A stretch of 64,000 bases of DNA. It comes from Octopus vulgaris (Eukaryota). The stretch is taken from the NCBI GenBank assembly GCA_951406725.2, contig OX597839.1:11346001-11410000 (forward strand). Direction: 5' to 3'. The first letter of the stretch is position 1; each line of letters begins with the position of its first letter. Positions 14,445 to 27,171 of the stretch are shown here, in pieces. The notes under the pieces were generated by a model. That model saw only the letters and a program-made list of their open reading frames with translations. It ran no database searches and was not told where the DNA came from. The translations under genes and the position numbers were made by a program.

Positions 14445-15042
14445 AGAAAGGGGCTCTCTACCCCGCTTTTGACCAGGCTCCCGTGGCTTTTATGGGTTTT
14501 TCCACGAGTAACCTTTTGAAGCGCCTCTCCCTATTGGGAGTTTTAATTGTTACTTATTTTTCGTTGTCATCCTGCTTTTGACACGGACTTTTTCAAACGG
14601 ACAAAACCCTTTGTAACTTGGTGATCTCATTCTTGCTCACAACATCATAAGCGGAAAGTGTAACCTCTCGAAAGAGCTGTTCTTCACTCCTGCTCCAGAG
14701 CGTCGGCTGCGGGGTCACTCCGAAAAGCACTATCTGCGACAATTTCATCTCAATCGAAGGAATGGGGCTTTCTCCGTCCGGGTTGCGGATCCGTGGAATA
14801 AGCTGCTGGACGAGATAGTGAAGATGCCGACAACCACTCAGTTCAAAGTCTCCCCTTGACCAGAAATGGCCTGAACTCTTTGCATGAACACCCTCCCTGT
14901 ACATAACTCCCTGTCCCCCTGCATGGCCTTGCTTTTTGCTTTTTGAGCCAAAAAATTAACTTAACTTTCGTCCTGTGTTTTGTCCCTTTATGTTTTAATT
15001 GATTTTTATTAGCCCTTGTGGCCAATAAACGAACGAATTATG

Positions 15043-15080
<38 letters not shown>
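14445..15080 (+). mobile_element. Probable LINE 3' UTR/tail (host of the CR1 insertion), ending gcccttgtggccaataaa plus (ATT)n
   Basis: Sequence continues across the CR1 insert at taactt/taactt; tail resembles the SINE B tail. Confidence 0.55.
14620..14966 (+). mobile_element. 5'-truncated CR1-type LINE (ORF2 C-terminus plus 3' UTR)
   Basis: GDLILAHNIISG...LRGHSEK...AFSVRVADPWNKLLDEIVKMPTTTQFKVS/LDQKW, a typical CR1 ORF2 end with one frameshift; stop at 14885-14887. Confidence 0.88.
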
Positions 15081-15081
<1 letters not shown>

Positions 15082-15853
15082 TTTGCTGGACATGAAAGAA
15101 ATCTTTTTCTTTTTACTTATTTATTTTTTAAATTTTTTTTTCACAAGGTGGATTAGTTGATGAAATAGGTTTGAATTTTTCGCTTTTCTCTTGAAGGTCA
15201 TTCACAAGTGTAGATTTGATAATTATCTATCAACCGTTGGCTCGTTGCCAACAGTAATGTATATTTATTTGAAGATTTCCACTTCAGATGTGTGTCTGTG
15301 TGTGCATGGTAGTGGTGGTGGCTGTGGTACTGGCAGCAATAGTGGTGTCGTAGTCTGTGGTGATGGTGGTGGTCGTGGTGGGGTGCTTCTTTGGCTGCAA
15401 AGAAGAAGAAATCCGCTGTTTTGTTGTCTGCTTTTATTCACTTAGTGCCAGTTACATAGCAAGATCTATCTCTCTCTCTACCCCACTCCACCAAACTCTG
15501 ACTTTATTAAGTACTGTTTGTGTGTCACTACACACAGACTTCCATTTTTTTTTATTTCCTACGCCACCCCGTTGCCCACAAATATTGTTCCATTTATTTG
15601 TTCGTTAATTTATATTAATTGTTTCTCTTCTTTTCCTCGATCTTCTTTTATCTTCTCATCTCCCTTCTCTCTATCTCCTGTACAAAAAGGAAAAAAAAAG
15701 AAAAAAAACAAAAACTACAGGGTTTATCAGCTTTTATCTTAAAACTCTTATTTCATGTATACTCTAGCAAAGTTGTGATGTACTACCTCTACTGTTACTA
15801 TCACAATCAGGTTTCTATCACCGATAAAACAAAACACTGTCAATGTGTGTATG

Positions 15854-15884
<31 letters not shown>

Positions 15885-16001
15885 CATCCACATCCCATCT
15901 TTTCTCTTGTATGACAAAGAACCAGCCTCGACATATTCAACACTCAATCTGCTAGAGATAACGACGAGAGCCAGTTCACCCTTGGATGAGAACTCTGCCT
16001 T

Positions 16002-16021
<20 letters not shown>

Positions 16022-16040
<19 letters not shown>

Positions 16041-16260
16041 ACAGTTTTAGATGCAGCAAATGATTTTAGCTCAATAGAGGCCATTGATTGGTTAAAATTC
16101 GAAAAATTAAACTACGTTAAACTTACAAATTACAATCTTCTCAAGAAAGCCAAGAGAAAAAAACGTTTTATTTTGACACATTCTACCCGTATACGAAGTT
16201 TAAAAGTGTTTAGTTAACTAGAAATTGTGTTGAAAACTACCGTTCAAAAGGAAAAGATCC
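16022..16260 (-). mobile_element. Diverged MITE family G fragment
   Basis: Ends aaaactaccgttcaaaaggaaaagatcc (TIR). Confidence 0.7.
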
Positions 16261-16266
16261 ATATAG

Positions 16267-16348
<82 letters not shown>

Positions 16349-17021
16349 CTCTTTGATCGCATTCAATCTTTTCTCTTGTATGAAGCACTCACTTTGGTAG
16401 TTACCCTCAAATGAAATGTGGGACTACCTTGGGAAGGCTAACACACACACATTGGACAATGTAAAAAGGCCAACATACCTCTAAAACTGTGATGTGTTCT
16501 GTGAGAACAAATGTCTTAGATCATGGGCTCTGTCAGAGCCAACTTGCCACCAAACCTGAGCAAGACACTTTGTTTTATATTGCTCCAGTTCACTCAACTG
16601 TAGAAATGAGTTGTGACATCACTGGTCCCAAGCTGTATGGGCCTTTGCCTTTCCCTTGGTTAACACTGGTGGCGTGGAGAGGGGAGGCTTGTATGCATGG
16701 GTGACTGCTGGTCATCCATAAACAACCTTTCAGACACCAGCTTTATGATATCTATTTGACTAAATTTTTCATTATTTTCAAAGTTAATTAAAACCGAGGC
16801 AGTGTATTTCAACAGAAAGAAGATAACAAAACAGTAAAACAATCAAAATGATACTTACTGTGTGGGAAGATGTTCTCAACACTCCTGGCTAATTTAGTCC
16901 CAAATGACAGCAATCTGCAATTAAAAAGAGAAGTCCATAAAACTAGCCAATATGAAGAAACCACTATGCATTCATTTGACTTGCTAAACATAGCTAAAGG
17001 TAGTAACCAAATCTCCTTTGA

Positions 17022-17195
17022 CCCTTTAACATTCAAATTACTGTCAAATGTAATGCTTAGTTATCCACATTGTTTTGAATCAATCATGCATTATCTTGTA
17101 GCTTTGGGATTTCAATAATGTGTTTGTTTAGTTTTGGAATGACACTGTAGGGCCGGTGTAAGAGGCTGGATCTGGCTGGTTTGAATGCTTAAAGG
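17022..17195 (+). mobile_element. piggyBac-type MITE (CCCTTT termini, TTAA-like target)
   Basis: ccctttaacattc...aatgcttaaaggttaa; related copies at 59146-59346, ~37500-37645 and ~325-420. Confidence 0.65.
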
Positions 17196-17211
17196 TTAAA
17201 CCTCACTCTAT

Positions 17212-17425
17212 TTACTCTTTACTCTTTTACTTGTTTCAGTCATTTGACTGCGGCCATGCTGGAGCACCGCTTTTAGTCGAGCAAATCGACCCCAGGACTT
17301 ATTCTTTGTAAGCCTAGTACTTATTCTGTCGGTCTCTTTTGCCGAACCGCTAAGTTACGGGGACGTAAACACACCATCGTCGGTTGTCAAGCGATGTTGG
17401 GGTGGGGATGGGGGCACAAACACAG

Positions 17426-17490
<65 letters not shown>

Positions 17491-17656
17491 TACGACGGGC
17501 TTCTTTCAGTTTCCATCTACCAAATCCACTCACAAGGCTTTGGTCAGCCCGAGGCTATAGTAAGAAGACACTTGCCCAAGGTGCCAAGCAGTGGGACTGA
17601 ACCCGGAACCATGTGGTTGGTAAACAAGCTACTTACCACACAGCCATTCCTGTGCC
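17212..17656 (-). mobile_element. SINE family A, full length
   Basis: Head, internal (AT)n and tail all present. Confidence 0.93.
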
Positions 17657-18452
17657 TATTGTTTGTATTTTTTTTTTAAGTAGAACGGTATTAGGGATGG
17701 ATGATACATTGGATTAAAAAAAAACAGGGTAGTCATATTTGGAATGTCATTCATTATTAGGTCTGATGCCGTATCAGGCCTGAACTGAGACCGGAGGAAC
17801 ATCTCAGTATTATCAAATTTTAACTCTTAAACCAGAGAACGAAAAGCTACCAAAATGTATGAACTCCTTGGCCTAGCTTTAAACTACTCCATGTTCTTTA
17901 TGTTCTTTATCACTTTTCTTCTTTTCATCTTTCTTCACTTTCTTTTCTTTTTTTTTCCCTATCTTTTTCATACCCCCACCTCCATTTTTCTCCTACATTC
18001 TCTCTTGAAACCCACCCACCCACCCACTTTCTCCCTCTGATATATTTTTTGTTCAATTTATTTTCATTCCGTTGTATATGTTTTTCCTTGAGGAACTTGC
18101 TATGATTATCCCTAAATTGATCCATTCAATGTTGAACAGACACCCCCACTCCATTCTCTCATCCCCTGGCATCACCACCTCATTATTCTAAAAGGAGTGA
18201 AGAATAAATCAGAAGAGGAAGAAGAGTGGGGGAGCTGCCAGTTTTTTAAACCTATCTATTTATTTCTGTAATGGATACGCTTACCTACCTACCTACCTAC
18301 CTACATACGTACATACATACCTGTGTGTGTGTGTGCATGAGAGAGCCTCATTGCAGTGTATGTGTGTGAGTGTGTCTGTGTGTATATATATATATGTATG
18401 TATGTATATGTATATATATGTATATATGTATGTATATATATATATATGTATG

Positions 18453-18509
<57 letters not shown>

Positions 18510-18538
18510 TTATATATATATATTTATTTATATATATA

Positions 18539-18603
<65 letters not shown>

Positions 18604-20048
18604 ACAAATGCATACATACACTGCAGCTAGGTTCTGGCTGATCAATATGTGATGCTGTTGTAACACCCCACCTGCCCTTCTCTCTCCCTCTCTCTCTCTC
18701 TCTCTCTTTCTCTCCTTTCACAGGAGGGATTGAACTGTTCAAATATAAAGTGCTGTTTTACACACAGAAACTTTGGTATCTGATAATTTATACTGTTTTT
18801 TTTTTTTGTTGTTGTTTTCTTTTCTTTTTTTGGTGCGGGGTGGGGCTGCTTTGTGTTTTTTTAAAAGGGGAAAATTTGACAGCTCAAAGTATACAGAAAC
18901 TCACAACATACACGCTTCTATTTTTGCTTTTACTCTGTTTATTATGTTAAGGAAATCCACACACTCCCTAAATCTCCAAAAGTTGGGGGTCAGTTACTAA
19001 GTTTAAGGTATTTGTAGTCACTATAACTGTTAAATTGACTGTTACAGCTGTTTATTTAACTTGTCCATCATCATCATCATCATTTAATGTCCATTTTCCA
19101 TACTGACATGAGGTGCCCGGCTTGACAAGAACTGGCAAGGCGAGGAGCCTGTATCGTGTTTCATAGTCTATTTTGGCTTAGGTTTCTACAGCTGGATGCT
19201 CTTCTTAATGCCAGCCACTCTACATGGTACCTTCACCAGTACTTTTTATATGGCACCAGCACCCACACCAATGTTTTTATGGAACACCTTGGTTTTAGGA
19301 TATGGAAGAGATTAAATAATCCAAGCTGTCTGTCACTGCATGAAGCACATCTGCATATTCCAGTAATCAAATGTATGTATGTAGATATTTTATTTTGGAC
19401 TAGCTGACCACATGCCGTCAATAATGATGGCTAATTGTAGTATTTTATATATAAATATGGTACATAATAATCACACATACATACACTCACATACTTCCCT
19501 TGTATACATGCACGCACACACATATTCACACAGAGTTGAAACTGATTTTTTTCACCCCTTCCTTCCTTATCCATTTATTACCCCTTCCTTTCTCTCATTG
19601 CTATTACTTTCTTTCACTCCCTCTCAGTCAGGGCTATTACTCTCACTACTTCTCCTTCACTGAATTACTATTTTTTCTCCTCCTCTGTGTCCATAAAAAC
19701 ACACTCATAGACACCACACACAGATACACACACACATGATGGCTTCTTTCAGTTTCCACCTACTAAATACACTCACAGGGCTTTGGTTAGCCTAGGGCTA
19801 CAGAAGACACTTGCCCAAGATACCATGCAGTGGAACTGAACTGAGAACCACATAGTTGGGAAGCAACCTTTTTTTTATTGACTCTGAAACAATGGAAAGG
19901 AATGTATTGCCTTGGCAGAATTTGAACTCAGAGCATGGTGCGTTGGAATGAATGTTGTGAGGTGTTGTATCTAACACTCTAACGGTTCTACCACTTCGCT
20001 CCCTTCGCTGTAAACATTGTTGTATACGTTAATAGTGATAATGTTAAT

Positions 20049-20455
20049 AGGCGCAGGAGTGGCTGTGTGGTAAGTAGCTTGCTTACCAACCACATGGTTC
20101 CAGGTTCAGTCCCACTGCGTGGCACCTTGGGCAAGTGTCTTCTACTATAGCCTCGGGTTGACCAAAGCCTTGTGAGTGGATTTGGTAGACGGAAACTGAA
20201 AGAAGCCCGTCGTATATATGTATATATATGTATGTGTATGTGTTTGTGTGTCTGTGTTTGTCCCCCTAGCATTGCTTGACAACCGATGCTGGTGTGTTTA
20301 CGTCGCCGTCACTTAGCAGTTCGGCAAAAGAGACCGATAGAATAAGTACTGGGCTTACAAAAGAATCAGTCCCAGGGGTCGAGTTGCTCGACTAACGGTG
20401 GTGCTCCAGCATGGACGCAGCCAAATGACTGAAACAAGTAAAAGAGTAAAAGAGA
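20049..20455 (+). mobile_element. SINE family A, full-length reference copy
   Basis: A box tggctgtgtgg, B box ggttcagtccc, CORE-like accttgggcaagtgtc, internal microsatellite, (gtaaaaga)n tail. Confidence 0.93.
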
Positions 20456-20964
20456 GTGTTGACCTAGGTATGGAAGCGTCGCCGTTTTCTGTAGGAGAAA
20501 CACCAGAGTTTGGTCGATAACTACATTAATTTTATTGCCTCCTTGGGGAGCATGAAAGGTAAAATTGTTCTCAGCAATAATTAGAACTCAGGAGTAAAAC
20601 ACTGCTGCTGCTGCTGCAAGGAACTGAATTCAGTGCTGCTCCTGTTTCTGCCAGTCACTGCTCTCTTTAATGATGATGATAATTATAACGAGAGAAGAAC
20701 TCATTATAAATTAGACTGGATGTAAAAATGATGGAATTCTGTTTTGTATTCATTAATCAAATAAAGATCAAATTGATTTTTTTTTTCAAACTTAATTTTC
20801 TGACATTTACTATTTAATTTTCATTAAATAACAAAATAATGATAATAATGACAACAACAACAACAACAATAATAATAATAATAATAATAATGATGATAAT
20901 AATAAAAAAAAATTTTCTCCTCTCCTTATCTGTTAAGTCTGTGTGCGTTTTTGTTTGGTTGTCA

Positions 20965-21164
20965 GTGTATGTACATATGTGTATGTTCTGTGCTTGTGTG
21001 TGTGTGTGTATATATATATGTATATATATATATATGTATGTATGTATATATGTATGTATATATATATATGTATGTATATATATATATATATGTGTGTTTA
21101 TATATATATATGTATATATGTGTGTATATATATATGTGTATATATATATGTGTGTATATATATA

Positions 21165-21210
<46 letters not shown>

Positions 21211-21488
21211 TATATATGTATATATGTATGTATATATGTATGTATATATATATATGTATATATGTGTATGTAAGAATGCCTCTATGTATGTATGTGTATG
21301 TAAAGGTGTCTGCATATTTGCATGTCTATGTATATGTATGTTGTGTATGTATGTATGTGTATCTTTGTATGTATTCCCTTATATCTGTCTGTATGTGTGT
21401 TTGCATGTATGCACATGTGCATCTCGGTACATGTGTCCTTGTGTGTGTCTGCACGTATGTACAATGAGTATGTATGCATCGCTGCTCG

Positions 21489-21550
<62 letters not shown>
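20965..21550. repeat. Compound (AT)n/(GT)n/(ATGT)n microsatellite
   Basis: Seen directly. Confidence 0.9.
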
Positions 21551-21555
<5 letters not shown>

Positions 21556-21867
21556 CTGTCTGCTTATGGGTATGTATGCATTTGTGCATGTGTGTGATGC
21601 TGGATGGTGAAGTACCAGAGGTGATGGTGGGGGTGATGGTTGTTGAAAATGTTCAGCTTTAAACTGAACTAATAACTCTCTCTCTCTCTCTTTCTCTCTT
21701 TCTCTGAAATAATAACATTAGATGAAAAATTATTATTTTCGTTTTTTTTTTTTCAATATTATTTTCCTTTTCTCTTTTTCTGTCTTTCTTCGTTAGATAT
21801 TGGCATCTTTCTAATTTAGAAATATGTCTTACTACAAATGTCTGTTACATCTCATTAGGTGCAGACA

Positions 21868-21928
<61 letters not shown>

Positions 21929-21956
21929 AATATTATTATTATTGTTATTATTATTG

Positions 21957-21989
<33 letters not shown>

Positions 21990-22120
21990 GTAGTGTTGTT
22001 ACACAAATCATAATTTTTATGATTGTTATTGTTACTATCATCAACATCATCATCTTCATAATTTTTTAGTATTACTGTTTTTACACACACATGTATATAT
22101 CTGTCTTTGTATGACTGTAG

Positions 22121-22144
<24 letters not shown>

Positions 22145-22152
<8 letters not shown>

Positions 22153-22490
22153 AAAGGGCTTAGTAAAATAAATTACTTTGCCGCATACTGAACTCATTAG
22201 AAATAGCAGCTAAAAACTTTTTAAAGCTATTTCTAATACTTAAAGAAGTTTCTGAGCTGAAGATAGAAATGTTGTTTTGACTAATCTTGAAACGTACGTT
22301 CTCAAATAACCTTAGCATTTGATTTTTTAATGTCCTTAACCCCAAACTTTTGTGAGTTGAATTAAGCAAACACTATATATGAAGAGATTTTTAAGTATTA
22401 GAAATAGCTTTAAAAAGTTTTTTAGCTGCTATTTCTAATGAGTTCAGTATGCGGCAAAGTAATTTATTTTACTAAGCCCTTTTATATAAT
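22145..22490. mobile_element. Foldback/MITE-like element with ~100-bp terminal inverted repeats
   Basis: 22145-22244 is the reverse complement of 22390-22490 except for one indel; ~145-bp spacer; sits at the edge of an (AT)n tract. Confidence 0.85.
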
Positions 22491-23550
22491 GTAATAATTT
22501 GAATTCGCCTTAAATGGTCCCTTTGCATACTGAACACTTGGTGAAATTGATTAATAATTAATTAATTTTACCCTCAATTGTTGAAATATATATATATATA
22601 TATATAGATAGATAGATAGATAGATAAACAGGCAGATGGATGGGTGGTTGGACAGCTCGACAGGCAGATGTATGGGTAGATAGAAAAAGATAGATAGTGT
22701 GTGTGTGTGTGTGTGTGTGTGTATGCATTTATACATGAATGAATGTTTAAGTATTTATATAGATTTTGGTCTATATATGTTTATGCATGTATGTATGAGT
22801 GTGTGTATAGTTTGATGTTGTGGAATGGCTTGTGTGTTGGTGTATCACATTGCCTTTTCTTCTCTGTCTGTCTGTCTCCCCCCTCTCTACCTGTCTATCT
22901 ATCCTAATTATGCATTTAATAATTCTCTGCTTCTTGGCATCTTTAGCTATCATTAAGCAGTCCTTTGCTCAAAGACACTCCAACTATGCCCATCCTATCT
23001 TTTTAGGGCCATCTCAGACTATATTATCCAAATATATCTTACTTTTATAAGTCGTTAATAGTGTGATTGAAAGGAAATTTAGCTGTTATATATAGCAAAT
23101 CAAGCAACCACACAGCAGCTTGTTTAACTTGCTTTTTCTCTCTTTTTTGTTTTGTTTTTGGTACATTTGATCAGTTTGGCATTGTTCTTCAGTGTGTCCT
23201 TCCCTTAATAAGACGGTAGGCTGGGATTTGAGGATGAATTTGGCTTCTCTTGTACTTGAGGCTTCTTCCCTTTTCTCATATTTCTGGGTCTTCTAAGAAC
23301 ATCAGATAGAATGCATCGCAGTATCTCTTCCATCGCTCTGTTGTGAGTTCAAATCCTACTACCAAGGTCAACTTTATCTTTCATCCTGTTGGTGTTGATT
23401 AAAAAATGCACCATTTCTGTGCATTTGGTTTGGTGGCACTCTTAGTGATCCAGGTGAGAGCCTTGCAGAACATGTTCTAACATTTTGTGGGTTGCCAGTT
23501 GTATTTACTTCAACACCCTGTGTTCTGAATTTAAATTGTTGTGACACATA

Positions 23551-23764
23551 CAAGGATATGCTGAAAAGTTTCTGGCTATAAAGGGTATCGTTAAAGGCCC
23601 AAACTTCCGAGTTCTTTTACAGGGCTTAGAAAACCTGAAGAACTGCTGCAATAAGTGTGTGAATCTGAGAGGCGAATATAGAAAATGTTAAATAAAAGTC
23701 GTAATTAACTGATCCTTTTGTATTTACTTTTACTCAAAGCCAGGAACCTTTCAACACCCTCTTG
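23551..23764 (+). mobile_element. Mariner-derived MITE
   Basis: TIRs caaggatatgctgaaaagtttctggct / agccaggaacctttcaacaccctcttg after TA; internal LQGLENLKNCCNKCVNLRGEY resembles a mariner transposase C-terminus; second copy at ~56890-57095 (-). Confidence 0.8.
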
Positions 23765-24062
23765 TGTATTTCAGGAGCAGTAAAAGGAAAAACTTAAGGT
23801 TACCTATTGAGGATAGTGGTTTGACAGAACTATTAGAGTGTGAAGCAGAGGGCCTTGATTGCAGTCTGTATTCCACTTCACCATCTGATATTACACACAT
23901 GCACAAACACATACATACCCACAAGCAGACAGCTATATATATATATATATATAGTAACAGAAAGGAGGAATTTCGATCCCCACATGCTGAGTTGTGATAT
24001 ATATAAGAAATTAAAAAAAGGAAAATACACATACTTTATATAGTTTTAATATAATTTTTAAT

Positions 24063-24097
24063 ATATCGACCGGTTTCACTTTCGCTATTCATGATAT
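24063..24097 (-). ncRNA. Minimal type I hammerhead ribozyme (Penelope-type), A3-U8 core variant
   Basis: Minus strand reads atatc-AUGAAUA-gc gaaa gu-GAA-ACCGGU-C-gatat: 5-bp stem I, 2-bp GAAA-capped stem II, palindromic stem III, GUC cleavage triplet. Confidence 0.7.
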
Positions 24098-25291
24098 TAT
24101 GGTTTACTTATTTGAATATGTATTTTCTTAAGAAGTTTTGTCCGTGTTGTCCATATATATGTATATTTATATATATACAAGCAGGGATGTACACATACAC
24201 ATGTACATACATGCAGACACACATACACATAAATAGGTTTCAGAGTCTATAAAAGAAAAGACTTAAGGCTACTAATTGAAGGTAGTGGATTAACAGACCT
24301 ATTAGAGTGCCAGGTGGAGTGTCTTGCATGCAGTCTGTATTCCAGTTGCCTGTGGTGTAGCTGCAGTACTTTATGACAGTACCAGTACCAAACTGTAATC
24401 AGCCTTACCTTTCCTTTAGTCAGCATCAATAGTGTGGAGAGAGGAGATGTACATGCATGGGTAACTGTCGGTCTTCTACAAAGATAAACCCTTACTCCAG
24501 GCCTGTGCATGAAGATGCAGAGACAGTCAGCCCTGACTGACGGGGGGGGCAGGGGAGCCGAGGAGAGGTGACCTTCTTCCGTTATAGTATTGTTTCTTTG
24601 ACCTACAAAGGAAATGGGTGGGGTAGGATGGGTAGTGTGTGTATGTCAGGGAGAGAAGAAAATTTGATGTGAAGATGTAATTCCCTGAGTGGCATATAAG
24701 AAAGAGTATGGTGGCAGTGGAGAGTAATTGGTGTGGGGAGGAAGGTGGACTGGGTGGTGTTGAGAGGGCAGTGGTCCTCCACAATAAAGTTTGAAGTTCA
24801 ATAGTGTGGCAGACACCAAGTGAGTATTTATTTATTTAAGTTCAACAGCTTATCATTGCTGCAACCTCCACTCCTGTTTTTTATCACAGTGATGATAAAA
24901 CTAACACTACTAATAATATAATAATAATAATAATAATAATAATCAGTGTGTCTATTAGATAAGAGACTGGCTGGCCTGAAGACCTGTGTCTCTTATCTCT
25001 CCCAAGAATAGGTGGTAGGTAGGGTAAGGGAGTGAGGTCTCCCTAGACTAGGTGCTAGCAATATGTTTTATTATCTACAATTACAGAACTTGAAGATTAA
25101 CAAGTTAAATCTTGTCACTGATATCCCAGCTCTCCACCCCAACCATGCCTGCCACCTCTGCGCCCATACATACGCACACACAAACACAAACATTCAAACA
25201 CTTGGTGAGAGGGCCCATGAAAGCAGGTTGCTGAAATTGCTGGAAATAGTAGCTAAATCTCCTTCAAATTACATTCTTAAACTGGAAAGAA

Positions 25292-25588
25292 CTAGTGGTT
25301 AGAGCAGCGGACTCGCGGTTGAGGGATCGCGGGTTCGAATCTCAGACCGGCCGATGTGTGTGTTTATGAGCGAAAACACCTAAGCTCCACGCGGCTCCGT
25401 CAGAAGGTAATGGCGAAAATTCTGCTGACTCTTTCGCCACTACTTTCTCTCACTCTTTCCTCCTGCATCTTGCAGCTCACCTGCGACATACTGGTGTCCA
25501 GTCCAGGTGGGGAACCTATACGCCAAGAAACCAGGAAACCGGCCCTTATGAGCCAGGCATGGCTCGAGAAGGAACAAACAACAACAAC
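25292..25588 (+). mobile_element. SINE family F (tRNA-derived), slightly 5'-truncated
   Basis: B box ggttcgaatct; near-identical to 35067-35371. Confidence 0.88.
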
Positions 25589-25740
25589 ATTGGATAATGT
25601 GGTCATAGGCATTGTTTAAGTGAAAGATGAGATAAGAAGCATACCTGTGATCAAATATGTCCCAGTCATAGCTGGAACATATTTGAGCATAGACTTCTTT
25701 GAGGAGGACCTTGTCTAATGTTAAACAATATGACATCCTT

Positions 25741-26420
25741 AAGGTGACAAGCTGGCAGAATCATTACTACGCCGGGCGAAATGCTTAGCGGTATTTTGTC
25801 TGCCACTACGTTCTGAGTTCAAATTCCGCCAAGGTTGACTTTGCCTTTCATCCTTTTGGGGTCGAATAAATAAGTACCAGTTACGCACTGGGGTCAATGC
25901 AATCGACTTAATCCCTTTGTCTGTCCTTGTTTGTCCTCTCTGTGTTTAGCGGTTTCAAATTTTGGCACAAGGCCAGCAAGTTCAGAGGAGGGAGTAAGTT
26001 GATTACATCAACCCCAGTGCTCAACTGGTACTTATTTTATCAACCCTGAAAGAATGAAAGGTAAAGTTGACATCAATAGGATTTGAACTCAGAATGTAAA
26101 GACAGACAAAATGCTGCTAAACCTTTTGCCTGGCATGCTAACAATTCTGCCAGCTTACCACTTTCACTGCCTTAATAATAATAATATATATTTCTTTACT
26201 ACCCACAAGGGGCTACACACAGAGGGGACAAACAAGGACAGACAAAGGGATTAAGTCGATTATATCGACCCCAGTGCGTAACTGGTACTTAATTTATTGA
26301 CCCCGAAAGGATGAAAGGCAAAGTCGACCTCGGCGGAATCTGAACTCAGAGCGTAAAGTCAGATGAAATACTGCTAAGCACATCGCCCGGCGTGCTAACG
26401 TTTCTGCCAGTTGGCCGCCT
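25741..26420. mobile_element. Cluster of three SINE B copies (+, -, -)
   Basis: 25741-25950 (+), 25952-26160 (-, older tail variant), 26189-26420 (-). Confidence 0.85.
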
Positions 26421-26833
26421 TCGAAATAATAATAATATAATGATGATGATAATGATGATATTAATTCATTGAATCTAGCCAAAATTTGCTGATAATATAT
26501 GTTTTTTTACCTTTCAAAAAAGGTTAAGAGCAACATGGAAACACTGTCACTTTAAACAGCTAAATACCACTATCACCACCATCACCTACAACCACCACCA
26601 CCACTGACAACAACAACAACAAGAATGTTATAACATTAGTGTAGAAGGAAGCAGTCGAAAACCATCCAACCGGCTCATGTCTCATAGAATTAAATCATTT
26701 ACTTAACATTAATCATAATGGTTCTTTTTTTATTATCATTATCATTATTATTATTATCTTTTTTTTTCCTCCAGTTTGCTATTTGTGCCATTTACTACAG
26801 ACAAGCACAGCATTTCTTTCTGGCATTACCGAT

Positions 26834-26886
<53 letters not shown>

Positions 26887-27171
26887 ATGTGCATGCAGGC
26901 ATGCATGTTTCGGCTGTGTGTTTTCTCTGGTTTTTTTAATTTTGCTATTTCTATCCTAATTATTTTGCAAATCAATTATTCTGATGACGTAGTTAAACAA
27001 TTAATTAAATTATCATGTAATGAATTTCTTGATTACTTGTGGTGTGTAGTTGTGATGATTGTTATTTGATTTGATTTGTTTTGTGTTTTTTTTAAATAAA
27101 CTCCAGATTCAGTGATTTAATATATATGTGTGTGTGTGTTTCTGTATACATACATACATACATACATATAT

